A stretch of DNA of 64,000 bases, taken from positions 545 through 64,544 of the forward strand of contig MFNV01000005.1 in NCBI GenBank assembly GCA_001782165.1, in the 5' to 3' direction. Below the pieces are notes generated by a model. The model was not told where the DNA came from. It did not search any database and saw nothing but the letters and a program-made list of their open reading frames with translations. Shown piece by piece: positions 44,510-53,360 of this stretch. The DNA comes from Candidatus Levybacteria bacterium RIFCSPHIGHO2_01_FULL_41_15 (GTDB lineage Bacteria; Patescibacteriota; Microgenomatia; Levybacterales; UBA12049). The translations under genes were made by a program, and so were the position numbers. Numbering within the stretch: position 1 is the first letter of the stretch; each line of letters opens with the position of its first letter.

Positions 44510-47500
44510 TTAAAGTCCTTCTTTCTTATGTCTTCTTCTGAGGAACCAAAAGAGGAAAATAGCAAAAATAATTACAAGTGCTGTTGCTGTCATTTTTTTC
44601 CATCCAAAACCTTTGTTTATTGTAATTAACGGTTTTTCTTCGGGCGCATTCTTTTCTTCTCCTAAAACTCCCTGGGTTGGCACCGGAGAAAGCTGCGCTT
44701 CAGGAGTTGTCTCTCCCAAAACTTCAGGCGCAAATCCGGTCGCAAGGGGCGAAATTAAAGCTCCCAAGACTTGGGGCACTCCGACAACATTTCCTGAACA
44801 ATCTTTAGATCCGCAACCCAAACCGTCCGATTGGCCATCTCCTCCGCCGCCTCCGCTAGTAGTAGCAGGACTGGTAGTCGTAACGCTCTTCTCATCGCCG
44901 ACTGCTTCAGGCGATCCATGGGAAACTGTTCTGTAAAAGTAAGTAGTTCCTGAGGTAAGTCCCGAAATATCAACCGAGTGAGAAGTAACCTTGGGATCGG
45001 CGTCTTCCTCGTCGGTTGAGTTGGCATATCCGTAATTTGGCGCTCCACCAAGTGATGGATGCGAAACAGAATCATATAGAACTCTTGAAGTAGCAGGGTC
45101 ATCTGTAATCCAGGTTATTGTGACTGATGTATCCGTCACAGAGCCTGATGTTTCATCGGATATCACCGGCGCAATGCCATACTCGGCCGTCAAGACGTCG
45201 CTGGGATTACCGGCGTTATCATAGGCAATTGCCTTAAGAGTCGTATCAACACCAATAGCAATTGGATCTGTGTATGGGGTTGATGAATTATCAGGTGTTG
45301 ATCCGTCTGTCGTGTAATAGATTCCTTCTAATCCTGTTCCACCGTCATCGTTGCTGGTTAGTGTTACTGATTGGTCGCTAAAGTAGTCGCCAGCTGCCGG
45401 ATCGGCAACAGGTATTAATGGGGGTGCCCCATCTGAGGTGGACCATTCTCCGTCTTCTAGTTCATTGCCGACCGCATCGTGAGTGCTTCTCGGGTCCAGG
45501 TCCCCACCACCTGAAGGAGTATAGGTAACAGTTGGAGTCGCTCCCGTATCAAAAGACTCCCCTTCGCTGAAGGTTAAAAGCAGTATGTTGTCATTCTCGC
45601 CTTCGCCTGTACCAATTGCCTCACCGCTGTAGGGATCGTCGACATCCCAGCCGTCAGGATTACCGGGATCTAACCTTGAATCGTCAATGTTTTCGGAGAA
45701 GGTTAGTTTGATAGCATCAATCTTGCCATTTCCATTTGTATCCTGAGTTTCGGCTGATTCCAGCGTCGGTGCGGTTGTATCGACTGTAAAGGGCGCCGAA
45801 TTAGAACCGAAATTGCCAGCCGCATCAAAGGCACCGACATAAAGTGTATGTTCCCCTTCACCGGGATAATCCATACCATTGGTAAACTCTGGCCCAAATA
45901 GGGTTTCGGCTAAAGAGTCGAAAAAGCCGTCGAGCGCCTCCAAGGGCTTGGCAAAGATAAAGTCTGGGTCGTCAACCGAAAAGATTGCCGAAACTATATT
46001 GGAAATGGCATCTACAGCATCTGCCAGAATCTGCGGCGGATGATTGGTTGGATCGGGTGATGCCGAAGGAGTGGAGACAAGCGGCGCGCTCACATCATAA
46101 GTGACGTACTCAACAACCGGGCTGTTTTCGGTGTTACCAGCCATGTCTGTCGCCTCAGCTTTAATGTCAAATGTTCCTTCGGTATCCGGAGTCCAGTTAA
46201 AAGACCACTCAAATGGATCGTTGTTCTGTTGAGAATCTGGAATTTCAATCCAGGGATTTTCTTCCTCCCCGGAAGTTCGGTAATAAAAATTGACATAATC
46301 AACGGTTGTAGCTGGTTCGTCTGTTGAGCTTCCGGAAATTTCAATTGGGATGTTCCAGAAACTTCCTTCTTCGGGAGAGTCAATTGTCGAAACTGGCGGG
46401 GTCGTGTCCGCTGTGTAATAAACCCGAACCGGAATCCAGTCAAGGAAAAAGTCGCGGCCGGCATTGGTCGAGTTCATCGTTGCCCGGACACGGAAATTTT
46501 CATTAGTGAACTCGTCCGCTGTCCATTCTCTATCCCAAGTATCTGCGGCACCTCCCAAAGAAGCCACGTGTTCCTTATTGGTTTCGGTAATGTCAGATTT
46601 TGCGCCAGTCCAATCGTCTCCACCGTTCCAAGACAGTTCAACATCCAAACTATTCTCCCCGCCTGTGGCGTCCAGACGCCAATCGGTCCTGACCTCAATG
46701 CCTCTAATTGTAGAGCCATCCGGAATCTCAAAGGGATTATAGTTATAGAAAATATGACTTTCGCCCGCTGCATTATTGGTGTGACTCGCTACAGAGCCTC
46801 CATCATCAAACGCACCTTCAGGATTATTTTCAAGGCCGTTACCACCGCTGGCTTCCTCTGCAATTGGGGATTTGTAATCGGTAGGCTGGTCGGAAGGCGC
46901 CGCAAAATCAACTATCAGCTGTGGACGTCTCAGCTCATTTCCCTGATCGCTTGATCTAAATTTACCTAATTTAGCAGTACCTGAATCCTCCGCTGAATCC
47001 CGAATTGCCCAGCCGTAATTTGCTAATTCATCGTTGACAAAAGCTTGGACATCGCCTGTGACATCCCACTGGCGCCAGACATTGTTTGAAGTACCGGTTG
47101 AAGTGGTGTCTGTGGCCGCGCCTGTATCAGCCGGCTGACTATTCCAGGCTAAGGTATCCTCATCCCATCCCTCAACGACTAGGCGGGCTTCATAATCTCT
47201 CGATGATGGAGGGGCATCGAACATAAACAGCCGCAAAGTCGCCTTGGTGATTTCAGAGCCGGCAGGAATCGCTGAAGTGTCAAATTTCACGAATGTCCGC
47301 TTGTTCTCATCTGTTTTACTTCTAACATGCAGCTCATCGCCGCCGCCCTTATTGGCATCGGCATTATTCTGTTCAGCCCAAGTGTCATCAATTGCCACAA
47401 GAACACCGTTTGCAATATCATCAGTGGCATCGACGGCGTTGTCGCCGTTGACATCGTTAACCAAAACGAAAACGGTGAAATGAGTAAGTCCTTTGATCGT

Positions 47501-48259
47501 TATGGTGTCAGTTGCAACTTCTTTTGGCTCGCCTAGCGTTTGGGCATTGCCAAGATCTTCTGTCGACTCGGCACTCTTTACAACTACCTCATCCTTATTA
47601 ACATTGGCAGGTACAGGCAAAGTCAGATTATACGCAAATGTGCCGTCTGCCATCGGCGAAGTGAATTCGTAAGCCGTGTCGGAAACTGCCGAAAGCTCTT
47701 CCTGTTGTTCGCTAGATAACTTGACTTCACTGACAATCAGTTTGTCCGAGGGGTCGGGTAATTTAGTAAAAGTAATTTTTACCTTATCGTTTTGAGGAGC
47801 ACTATAAGTCTGGCCTAAGACTACATTATTTATAGTAGTCGCCTTGCCGTCATCTGCTGTTTGCCATACTGCTGGAGCCAGTTGGGCGCTTACTGCTGAC
47901 TCCGGAGAATTCTCAATTGCACTTGGGGGAGAAAGATTATCAACTGTTGCCGGAGTTGGTGAGATAGCATCTTCAGAAATATCTGATGGAGGCTGCGAAA
48001 CTTCCTCTTTGGGCATTACCAAAACTTCCGGAGTTGCAACAGTAGAATCTTGTGCTGGTATTGGTGTTATATCCGAGGATGTAGGGCTTGCCGTCGGAGC
48101 TTCGGTAAGGACTGGACTATCCTGTACAACAGTTGGGACAGGAGATACTTCATCCTCAGCGAAAGCTTTCGGAGAAACAAAAAAATTAGCTCCTGTCGAT
48201 TGGATTATAATCGACAAAAGAGTAACTCCTACTAAAAATTTTTTGATTTTGGACTGCAT
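44510..48259 (-). CDS. Giant (1249 aa) secreted cell-surface protein with Ig-like/cadherin-like beta-sandwich repeats and a C-terminal TM anchor; adhesin-like
   Basis: Signal peptide. Repeated D-x-AGN-x-S motifs (TDMAGNTENSP, FDAAGNFGSNSAPFTVDTTAPT, YDNAGNPSDV). A dockerin/EF-hand-like segment DVNGDNAVDATDD. C-terminus: KGFGWKKMTATALVIIFAIFLFWFLRRRHKKEGL. GC content is visibly higher than the surrounding DNA. Confidence 0.55.
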   Translation of the reverse strand: MQSKIKKFLVGVTLLSIIIQSTGANFFVSPKAFAEDEVSPVPTVVQDSPVLTEAPTASPTSSDITPIPAQDSTVATPEVLVMPKEEVSQPPSDISEDAISPTPATVDNLSPPSAIENSPESAVSAQLAPAVWQTADDGKATTINNVVLGQTYSAPQNDKVKITFTKLPDPSDKLIVSEVKLSSEQQEELSAVSDTAYEFTSPMADGTFAYNLTLPVPANVNKDEVVVKSAESTEDLGNAQTLGEPKEVATDTITIKGLTHFTVFVLVNDVNGDNAVDATDDIANGVLVAIDDTWAEQNNADANKGGGDELHVRSKTDENKRTFVKFDTSAIPAGSEITKATLRLFMFDAPPSSRDYEARLVVEGWDEDTLAWNSQPADTGAATDTTSTGTSNNVWRQWDVTGDVQAFVNDELANYGWAIRDSAEDSGTAKLGKFRSSDQGNELRRPQLIVDFAAPSDQPTDYKSPIAEEASGGNGLENNPEGAFDDGGSVASHTNNAAGESHIFYNYNPFEIPDGSTIRGIEVRTDWRLDATGGENSLDVELSWNGGDDWTGAKSDITETNKEHVASLGGAADTWDREWTADEFTNENFRVRATMNSTNAGRDFFLDWIPVRVYYTADTTPPVSTIDSPEEGSFWNIPIEISGSSTDEPATTVDYVNFYYRTSGEEENPWIEIPDSQQNNDPFEWSFNWTPDTEGTFDIKAEATDMAGNTENSPVVEYVTYDVSAPLVSTPSASPDPTNHPPQILADAVDAISNIVSAIFSVDDPDFIFAKPLEALDGFFDSLAETLFGPEFTNGMDYPGEGEHTLYVGAFDAAGNFGSNSAPFTVDTTAPTLESAETQDTNGNGKIDAIKLTFSENIDDSRLDPGNPDGWDVDDPYSGEAIGTGEGENDNILLLTFSEGESFDTGATPTVTYTPSGGGDLDPRSTHDAVGNELEDGEWSTSDGAPPLIPVADPAAGDYFSDQSVTLTSNDDGGTGLEGIYYTTDGSTPDNSSTPYTDPIAIGVDTTLKAIAYDNAGNPSDVLTAEYGIAPVISDETSGSVTDTSVTITWITDDPATSRVLYDSVSHPSLGGAPNYGYANSTDEEDADPKVTSHSVDISGLTSGTTYFYRTVSHGSPEAVGDEKSVTTTSPATTSGGGGGDGQSDGLGCGSKDCSGNVVGVPQVLGALISPLATGFAPEVLGETTPEAQLSPVPTQGVLGEEKNAPEEKPLITINKGFGWKKMTATALVIIFAIFLFWFLRRRHKKEGL

Positions 48260-48360
48260 ATTAGGGCTATTTTAAACTTATAGCCTTTCCTTTGCTCGGT
48301 ATAGTACTATAAGATAAATAAAAAGTCAATAGGTAATACTATTGCTTAAGAAATCAAAAT

Positions 48361-50154
48361 TTATTTAACAGTAACGCTTTTGGCGAGATTGCGGGGTTTG
48401 TCCGGATCCTCAACTCCGCGTTCAAGCGCAAGAAAATAGGCAAGAAGCTGAGCAACTACAATCTGGGAAATCATTGTTGCCTCACCCAAGTCCCCTGTTG
48501 AAAGAAATTCCTCAAAAACCTCGTTGTTCCTAGGCCCTATTCCTATAATATACCCTCCCCTTGCTTTTACTTCCTGTGCGTTTGAAATTATCTCATCGTA
48601 TGTTTCATCATTTGGCGCAAAAACCATACATGGTGTTTTCTTATCAATAAGAGCGATTACTCCGTGCTTTAACTCTCCTGCGGCAAATCCTTCTGCATGA
48701 ATATAGGTAGCCTCCTTAATCTTCAAAGTTGCCTCAAGAGCAGTCGCATATGAAAGACCTCTTCCAATTACGTAAATATGCTCGTGGTCTTTTAACTTTC
48801 TGGCAATTTTTTTTATCTTGCCCACATATTCATCCTTTAGAATTTCTCCTACATTCCTAGACGATTTCAAGATTAGGGTCCGACCCTCTCTTAATTTATT
48901 TACTAGAGAATAGGCAATAAGCATCATGGTAGCTATCATTGCTGTTAAACTTTTGGTGGCAACTACTGCTTTTTCTGGACCGGCATTAAGAAGTATTTTG
49001 TAATCCGAAATTCTATACAAAGTTGATCCGAGGACGTTTACAATTCCGATAATCTTAGCTCCTTTTTTCTTTGCGCGAGTAACAGGTTCAATAACATCAA
49101 CAGATTCCCCGCTCTGGGAAATCGGTATTACAAGTGTTCCTTTTTCAATATAGTCCTCAAGATAATTAAATTCCGAACCTATAGCAAAATTTACATGTTT
49201 TTTGGCAATCTTTGAAAAGAGATAAGTCCCTGCAAGTGCTGAATAAGAGGCAGACCCGCATGCTATGAAAAACGTTCCAAAAGCATTTCTCACCAAATCT
49301 GAAATCTTTTTTATTTGGCTTGAGTTTGTAGCAATACCTTCTAAAACTTTTGGCTGTTCGTATATTTCTTTAAGAAAAAAGTGTTTAAACTTTCCTTTTT
49401 CTGCATCCTCAAATTTCCATGTTAAATTGCTAACTTTTGGTCTTATCTCTGAACCATTTGGCAAAATAATTAACTTAATTTTCTGTCCTAAAATTGCCAT
49501 TTGATTGTCTTCAAGAAAAATAACTTTACGGGTATGTTTTACAATTCCCGTTGCGTCTGAGGATACATATAGTCCATCTTTACTGACTCCGATTACAAGA
49601 GGGGAACCGTTTTTGGCGGCAATAATCTCGCTTGATTTTGCGTTTGCGACAACTATTGCATTTAATCCCTTGAGTTTATTAAAAGCATCACGAACAGAAG
49701 ATGCAAATCCCCGCCTTTTTAAAAATTCTTCTATCAAATGTGGAATCACTTCTGTATCTGTATCCGATACAAACCGGTGACCCTTCTTTATAAGATCATC
49801 CTTCAGCTCTTGAAAATTCTCAACAATTCCGTTGTGAACAACCGCAATACTTTTTGTACAATCTAAATGAGGGTGAGCGTTTATATCAGTAACTCCTCCG
49901 TGAGTTGCCCAACGGGTATGACCGATAGATAGCTCAGAGCTAAGAGTTGAGAGCTGAGAGTTGAGAGTTACATCGCCAATCTTTCCAACATGTTTCTCGA
50001 TAATAAATTTCGAATTTCTAATTTCTAATTTCGAAATTGGCTTTGCCCCTATCCCCCAACTATCATATCCTCTGTATTCCAGAAGCTTTAGACCCTGAAG
50101 AACTAACTTAGGAGCATTAGTTTTTTTACCGACGTAACCAAAAATACCACACAT
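48361..50154 (-). CDS. glmS: Glutamine--fructose-6-phosphate aminotransferase (isomerizing)
   Basis: MCGIFGYVG carries the N-terminal nucleophile Cys. Two SIS domains are present. The C-terminus is ...KSVTVK. Confidence 0.9.
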   Translation of the reverse strand: MCGIFGYVGKKTNAPKLVLQGLKLLEYRGYDSWGIGAKPISKLEIRNSKFIIEKHVGKIGDVTLNSQLSTLSSELSIGHTRWATHGGVTDINAHPHLDCTKSIAVVHNGIVENFQELKDDLIKKGHRFVSDTDTEVIPHLIEEFLKRRGFASSVRDAFNKLKGLNAIVVANAKSSEIIAAKNGSPLVIGVSKDGLYVSSDATGIVKHTRKVIFLEDNQMAILGQKIKLIILPNGSEIRPKVSNLTWKFEDAEKGKFKHFFLKEIYEQPKVLEGIATNSSQIKKISDLVRNAFGTFFIACGSASYSALAGTYLFSKIAKKHVNFAIGSEFNYLEDYIEKGTLVIPISQSGESVDVIEPVTRAKKKGAKIIGIVNVLGSTLYRISDYKILLNAGPEKAVVATKSLTAMIATMMLIAYSLVNKLREGRTLILKSSRNVGEILKDEYVGKIKKIARKLKDHEHIYVIGRGLSYATALEATLKIKEATYIHAEGFAAGELKHGVIALIDKKTPCMVFAPNDETYDEIISNAQEVKARGGYIIGIGPRNNEVFEEFLSTGDLGEATMISQIVVAQLLAYFLALERGVEDPDKPRNLAKSVTVK

Positions 50155-50192
50155 AGATTAGAATATAAGACTTAAGATATAAGACTTAGGAC

Positions 50193-50669
50193 TTAAGAAT
50201 TAAGTATAATTGGGATAATTTCTTTTAAATTCTCCACTTCTGTATCCGGCTTAAACTCTGGGATTGGTTTTTGATTTTTTGCATACATACCTCGCTTCAC
50301 CCAAATTGCAAAAAGGGAAGGAGAAATAGTTTTTGCCAAATGTAATATTGACAGTTTATCATCAATAAGAAAGACTTTCTTGTCTTTATATTTTCGTAAA
50401 ACTTTTTTTAATATTTTTTCTTTTTTTTCGGTAATATGCATATGGGCTTTAAGAAAATGCTTTTGAATATCTGTTCTAAAAAGTTTGTTTTTTTGAAATT
50501 CTAAATCTCCTTCCGAGAATATACCTAAAATCCCGACTTTTCCAAGCTCTTTCAAAACATTATTTACTTCATCATAAACAGAATGTTTTTTAAGATCGGT
50601 TTGTTTAAAAACATCAGTATTAAATAACGTGTAATCAATATCAAAGAGAATAATTTTTTGATATTTCAT
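50193..50669 (-). CDS. HAD superfamily hydrolase (small)
   Basis: ILFDIDYTL contains the DxD catalytic motif I. FLIDDK is a motif IV-like sequence. Confidence 0.6.
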   Translation of the reverse strand: MKYQKIILFDIDYTLFNTDVFKQTDLKKHSVYDEVNNVLKELGKVGILGIFSEGDLEFQKNKLFRTDIQKHFLKAHMHITEKKEKILKKVLRKYKDKKVFLIDDKLSILHLAKTISPSLFAIWVKRGMYAKNQKPIPEFKPDTEVENLKEIIPIILNS

Positions 50670-50735
50670 ATTTCGGTTGGTTCGACTATGCTCACCACAA
50701 GTTCACTCAATATGATCCTGAGCCTGCCGAATGGG

Positions 50736-51989
50736 TCATTTCTTCTCAATCACTTCCTGAAACTTTGTGTAATACTTTGTAGAATCCGGGACATTCTTTA
50801 AGACGACGGTCGATGGCCCAATAAGAGAATTATTTCCAATAATTACTCCAGGCATTGTTGAGGATTTAATGCCTATCCTTCCGTTGTTTCCTGTAATTAC
50901 TCCCAAACGCCTAAGTCCAGTTTTGACTTCTTCCTCATTTACCTTTACCTTGATTTTGCCTCTATCGAGTCTTACATTTGCTGTTGAGAAATCCGCCCCA
51001 ATCCTGCAATTTTGCCCCACAATGGAGTCGCCAATGTAACCTGAATGGGTTTTTGTTCCCGACATAATAAGGCTATTTTTAATCTCCATATTTGCTCCTA
51101 TTACACAGTTCTCTTCAATATCTGTTCCACCTCTCAAAACTACATTATTCCCGATTATTGAATTTCTCCCTATGAAGCAGGGTCCTTTGATTTTGGCTCC
51201 CTCCATTACAATCGCACCGTCTTCTATGACTGCGTTTCCTGCAATTTCTGCGCTTTCTGCAATCTTAGCGCTCCTTTTTATGGATTTTTTTGCAATTTTA
51301 AAAAGAGCATTTTTCATCTCAAGCAAATCCCAGGAGTATTTTAAGGAGGGGACCTCGTTTTGAGTTTCTACAAAGCTAACAAGAAAATCACCGCACAACC
51401 TGTCTATCGCCTTCTCAAGTCTATAGTGATCTCTCCCGGTTTCCTTAAGAATCTTCAGAAAATCTTTTGAGAAAAGATATATTCCTATTAGCCTTAAACT
51501 TGATGGTTCTTTACCTTTTTGGGGTTTTTCAACAAGACCCAAAACCCTGTCTTTTTCTACTTTTAACACTCCGTATTTTTCTAAATTGTCTTGTTTTCTT
51601 GCAAGAAGAACAGCTTTTGTTTCTTCTGTTTTTTTTCTGCCCATCAAATTTTTATAATCAGAAAAGTCAATTCTTGAAGCGTTAAGAAGAAAAAAATCTC
51701 CTTTTATGAGCTTCTCACAAAGAAGAAGCCCGTCACCTGCTCCGGAAGGCTTATCCTGTACTGCATATTGAATATTAACTCCGAAATTTTTTCCATTTCC
51801 AAAGATTCTTTTTATCTCAGAATCCCCGGAAACAACTAGAATGACTTCTTTTATTCCTGAGCTCCTTACGGACTCTAATGTATGGAGAACAATGGGTTTT
51901 CCAAAAATTTTTATTAAAGATTTGTGATGATATTGCGTATACGGATAAAACCGGCTTGAAATTCCCGCCGCAAGTATTACTGCCTGCAT
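50736..51989 (-). CDS. glmU: GlmU-like bifunctional sugar-1-phosphate nucleotidyltransferase / left-handed beta-helix acyltransferase
   Basis: N-terminus MQAVILAAGISSRFYP is the G-x-G-T-R-like NTP-transferase motif. The C-terminal third has hexapeptide repeats (IGNNVVLRGGTDIEENCVIGANMEI...). It sits between murA and glmS. Confidence 0.6.
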   Translation of the reverse strand: MQAVILAAGISSRFYPYTQYHHKSLIKIFGKPIVLHTLESVRSSGIKEVILVVSGDSEIKRIFGNGKNFGVNIQYAVQDKPSGAGDGLLLCEKLIKGDFFLLNASRIDFSDYKNLMGRKKTEETKAVLLARKQDNLEKYGVLKVEKDRVLGLVEKPQKGKEPSSLRLIGIYLFSKDFLKILKETGRDHYRLEKAIDRLCGDFLVSFVETQNEVPSLKYSWDLLEMKNALFKIAKKSIKRSAKIAESAEIAGNAVIEDGAIVMEGAKIKGPCFIGRNSIIGNNVVLRGGTDIEENCVIGANMEIKNSLIMSGTKTHSGYIGDSIVGQNCRIGADFSTANVRLDRGKIKVKVNEEEVKTGLRRLGVITGNNGRIGIKSSTMPGVIIGNNSLIGPSTVVLKNVPDSTKYYTKFQEVIEKK

Positions 51990-51990
51990 A

Positions 51991-53319
51991 TTAGTCCTTC
52001 ACCCTTCTTATATCAGCGCCTAACAAATTTAGTCTTTTTTCAAATTGCTCATAACCTCTATCAAGATGCTCAACTCCAAATATTATACTTTTCCCTCTTG
52101 CTGCCAAAGATGCTAAAACCAGCGTTGCTCCTGCTCTAAGGTCTGAAATATTTATTGCAGCATTATGAAGTTTTATTGGGCCTATTATTTTTGCAGCATG
52201 TTTATATTCAGGCCTATTATCTTCATAGTTAAAGTTATAAAATTTTTCAGGATTTTTTACTTTGGGGTTAAAAAGCTCAATTTTAGAACCCATCTTTTGA
52301 AGTTCTTGAATATAGGAGAATCTGTTCTCGTAGACTGTTTCGTGAATAATGGATGTCCCTTCAGTCTGGGTCATAAGAATAAGCCACGGTCCCTGCCAAT
52401 CAGTCATAAAACCTGGATAGAAAGACGTAGTAATATTGGTAGGCTTTAACCGATTTTTATAAAAAAACCTTATTCCGTTTTTTTGTATTTCTATTCCTCC
52501 CCCTGCTTTCAAAAGCATTTTTAAAAACTCATCAAGACCTCTTGTGGTAATATCTTTTATTTTAACATCCCCCTTGGTAATTATTGCCGCAACAGCAAGG
52601 GTAACTGTCTCATTTCTGTCAGGCGGAATAGCAAATTTAACTCCGTGAAGCTTCTTAACTCCGTTTATTACAATCTCCCTTTTTGAAACTCTTTTTATCG
52701 AAGCTCCCATTTTGTTAAGAAGGTTTATAAGATCATCTATTTCAGGTTCTTCCGCAGCATTCTTAAGAACTGTTTTTCCTTTTACCAAAACTGAGGAAAG
52801 CATTAATGTTTCCGTACCGGTGTGGGTATTCTTGTCAAACTTATAAACTATCGGCCGGAGTTTATTTTTTACTCTAAAATAGAAATACCCATCGTCGCTA
52901 TCATAAACTGCATTTGTTCCCATTTTTTCAATTCCTTTAATAATTCTATCTATTGGTCTTGCTCCGATTCTGCAGCCTCCTGGATTTGGAATTTCTGCTT
53001 TTCCAACTCTTGAAAGAAGAGGAGCCATAAATAGAAAAGAGGTGCGAACAAGGACAGCTTTATCCAAAAGAACCCTGGTCTTTTTTATTTTATCTACCTT
53101 TATAATTACCCTGTGATCTTCGATTTTTACTTTTCCCCCAAGATCTTTAATAATATCAGCCATAACATAAAGATCTGAAATAAGAGGTATATTTTCTATT
53201 ACGACCTCCTCATCTGTAAGACAGGCAGCAACAAAAGCCTTAAGAGCCATATTTTTAGAGCCTGACACTTTTATTTCGCCTTTTAATGTTTTTCCTCCTG
53301 TCACAATAAATTGCTCCAT
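51991..53319 (-). CDS. murA: UDP-N-acetylglucosamine 1-carboxyvinyltransferase
   Basis: KVSGSKNMALKAFVAACL is the EPT N-terminus. PGGCRIGARPIDRIIKG carries the active-site Cys. Confidence 0.9.
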   Translation of the reverse strand: MEQFIVTGGKTLKGEIKVSGSKNMALKAFVAACLTDEEVVIENIPLISDLYVMADIIKDLGGKVKIEDHRVIIKVDKIKKTRVLLDKAVLVRTSFLFMAPLLSRVGKAEIPNPGGCRIGARPIDRIIKGIEKMGTNAVYDSDDGYFYFRVKNKLRPIVYKFDKNTHTGTETLMLSSVLVKGKTVLKNAAEEPEIDDLINLLNKMGASIKRVSKREIVINGVKKLHGVKFAIPPDRNETVTLAVAAIITKGDVKIKDITTRGLDEFLKMLLKAGGGIEIQKNGIRFFYKNRLKPTNITTSFYPGFMTDWQGPWLILMTQTEGTSIIHETVYENRFSYIQELQKMGSKIELFNPKVKNPEKFYNFNYEDNRPEYKHAAKIIGPIKLHNAAINISDLRAGATLVLASLAARGKSIIFGVEHLDRGYEQFEKRLNLLGADIRRVKD

Positions 53320-53320
53320 A

Positions 53321-53360
53321 TGGTTTCTAGTCTTTAGTCTTTAGTCTTTAGTCTTTAGTC
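53321..53360. repeat. 7-bp tandem repeat (AGTCTTT x ~5.5) spanning the murC stop codon
   Basis: The sequence tagtctttagtctttagtctttagtctttagtctttcgc is directly visible. On the minus strand it encodes the MurC C-terminus RLKTKD* followed by RLKTKD*. Confidence 0.8.

Noticed and set aside
49920-50045. Low-complexity nucleotide repeats (gagctaagagttgagagctgagagttgagagtt; tcgaatttctaatttctaatttcgaaatt) that look like an intergenic repeat or a CRISPR-like array
   Set aside because: They lie in frame inside glmS, encoding ...NSQLSTLSSELS... and ...KLEIRNSKFIIEK... in a variable loop of the glutaminase domain. There are no spacer/repeat alternation and no cas genes, so this is not a CRISPR array.
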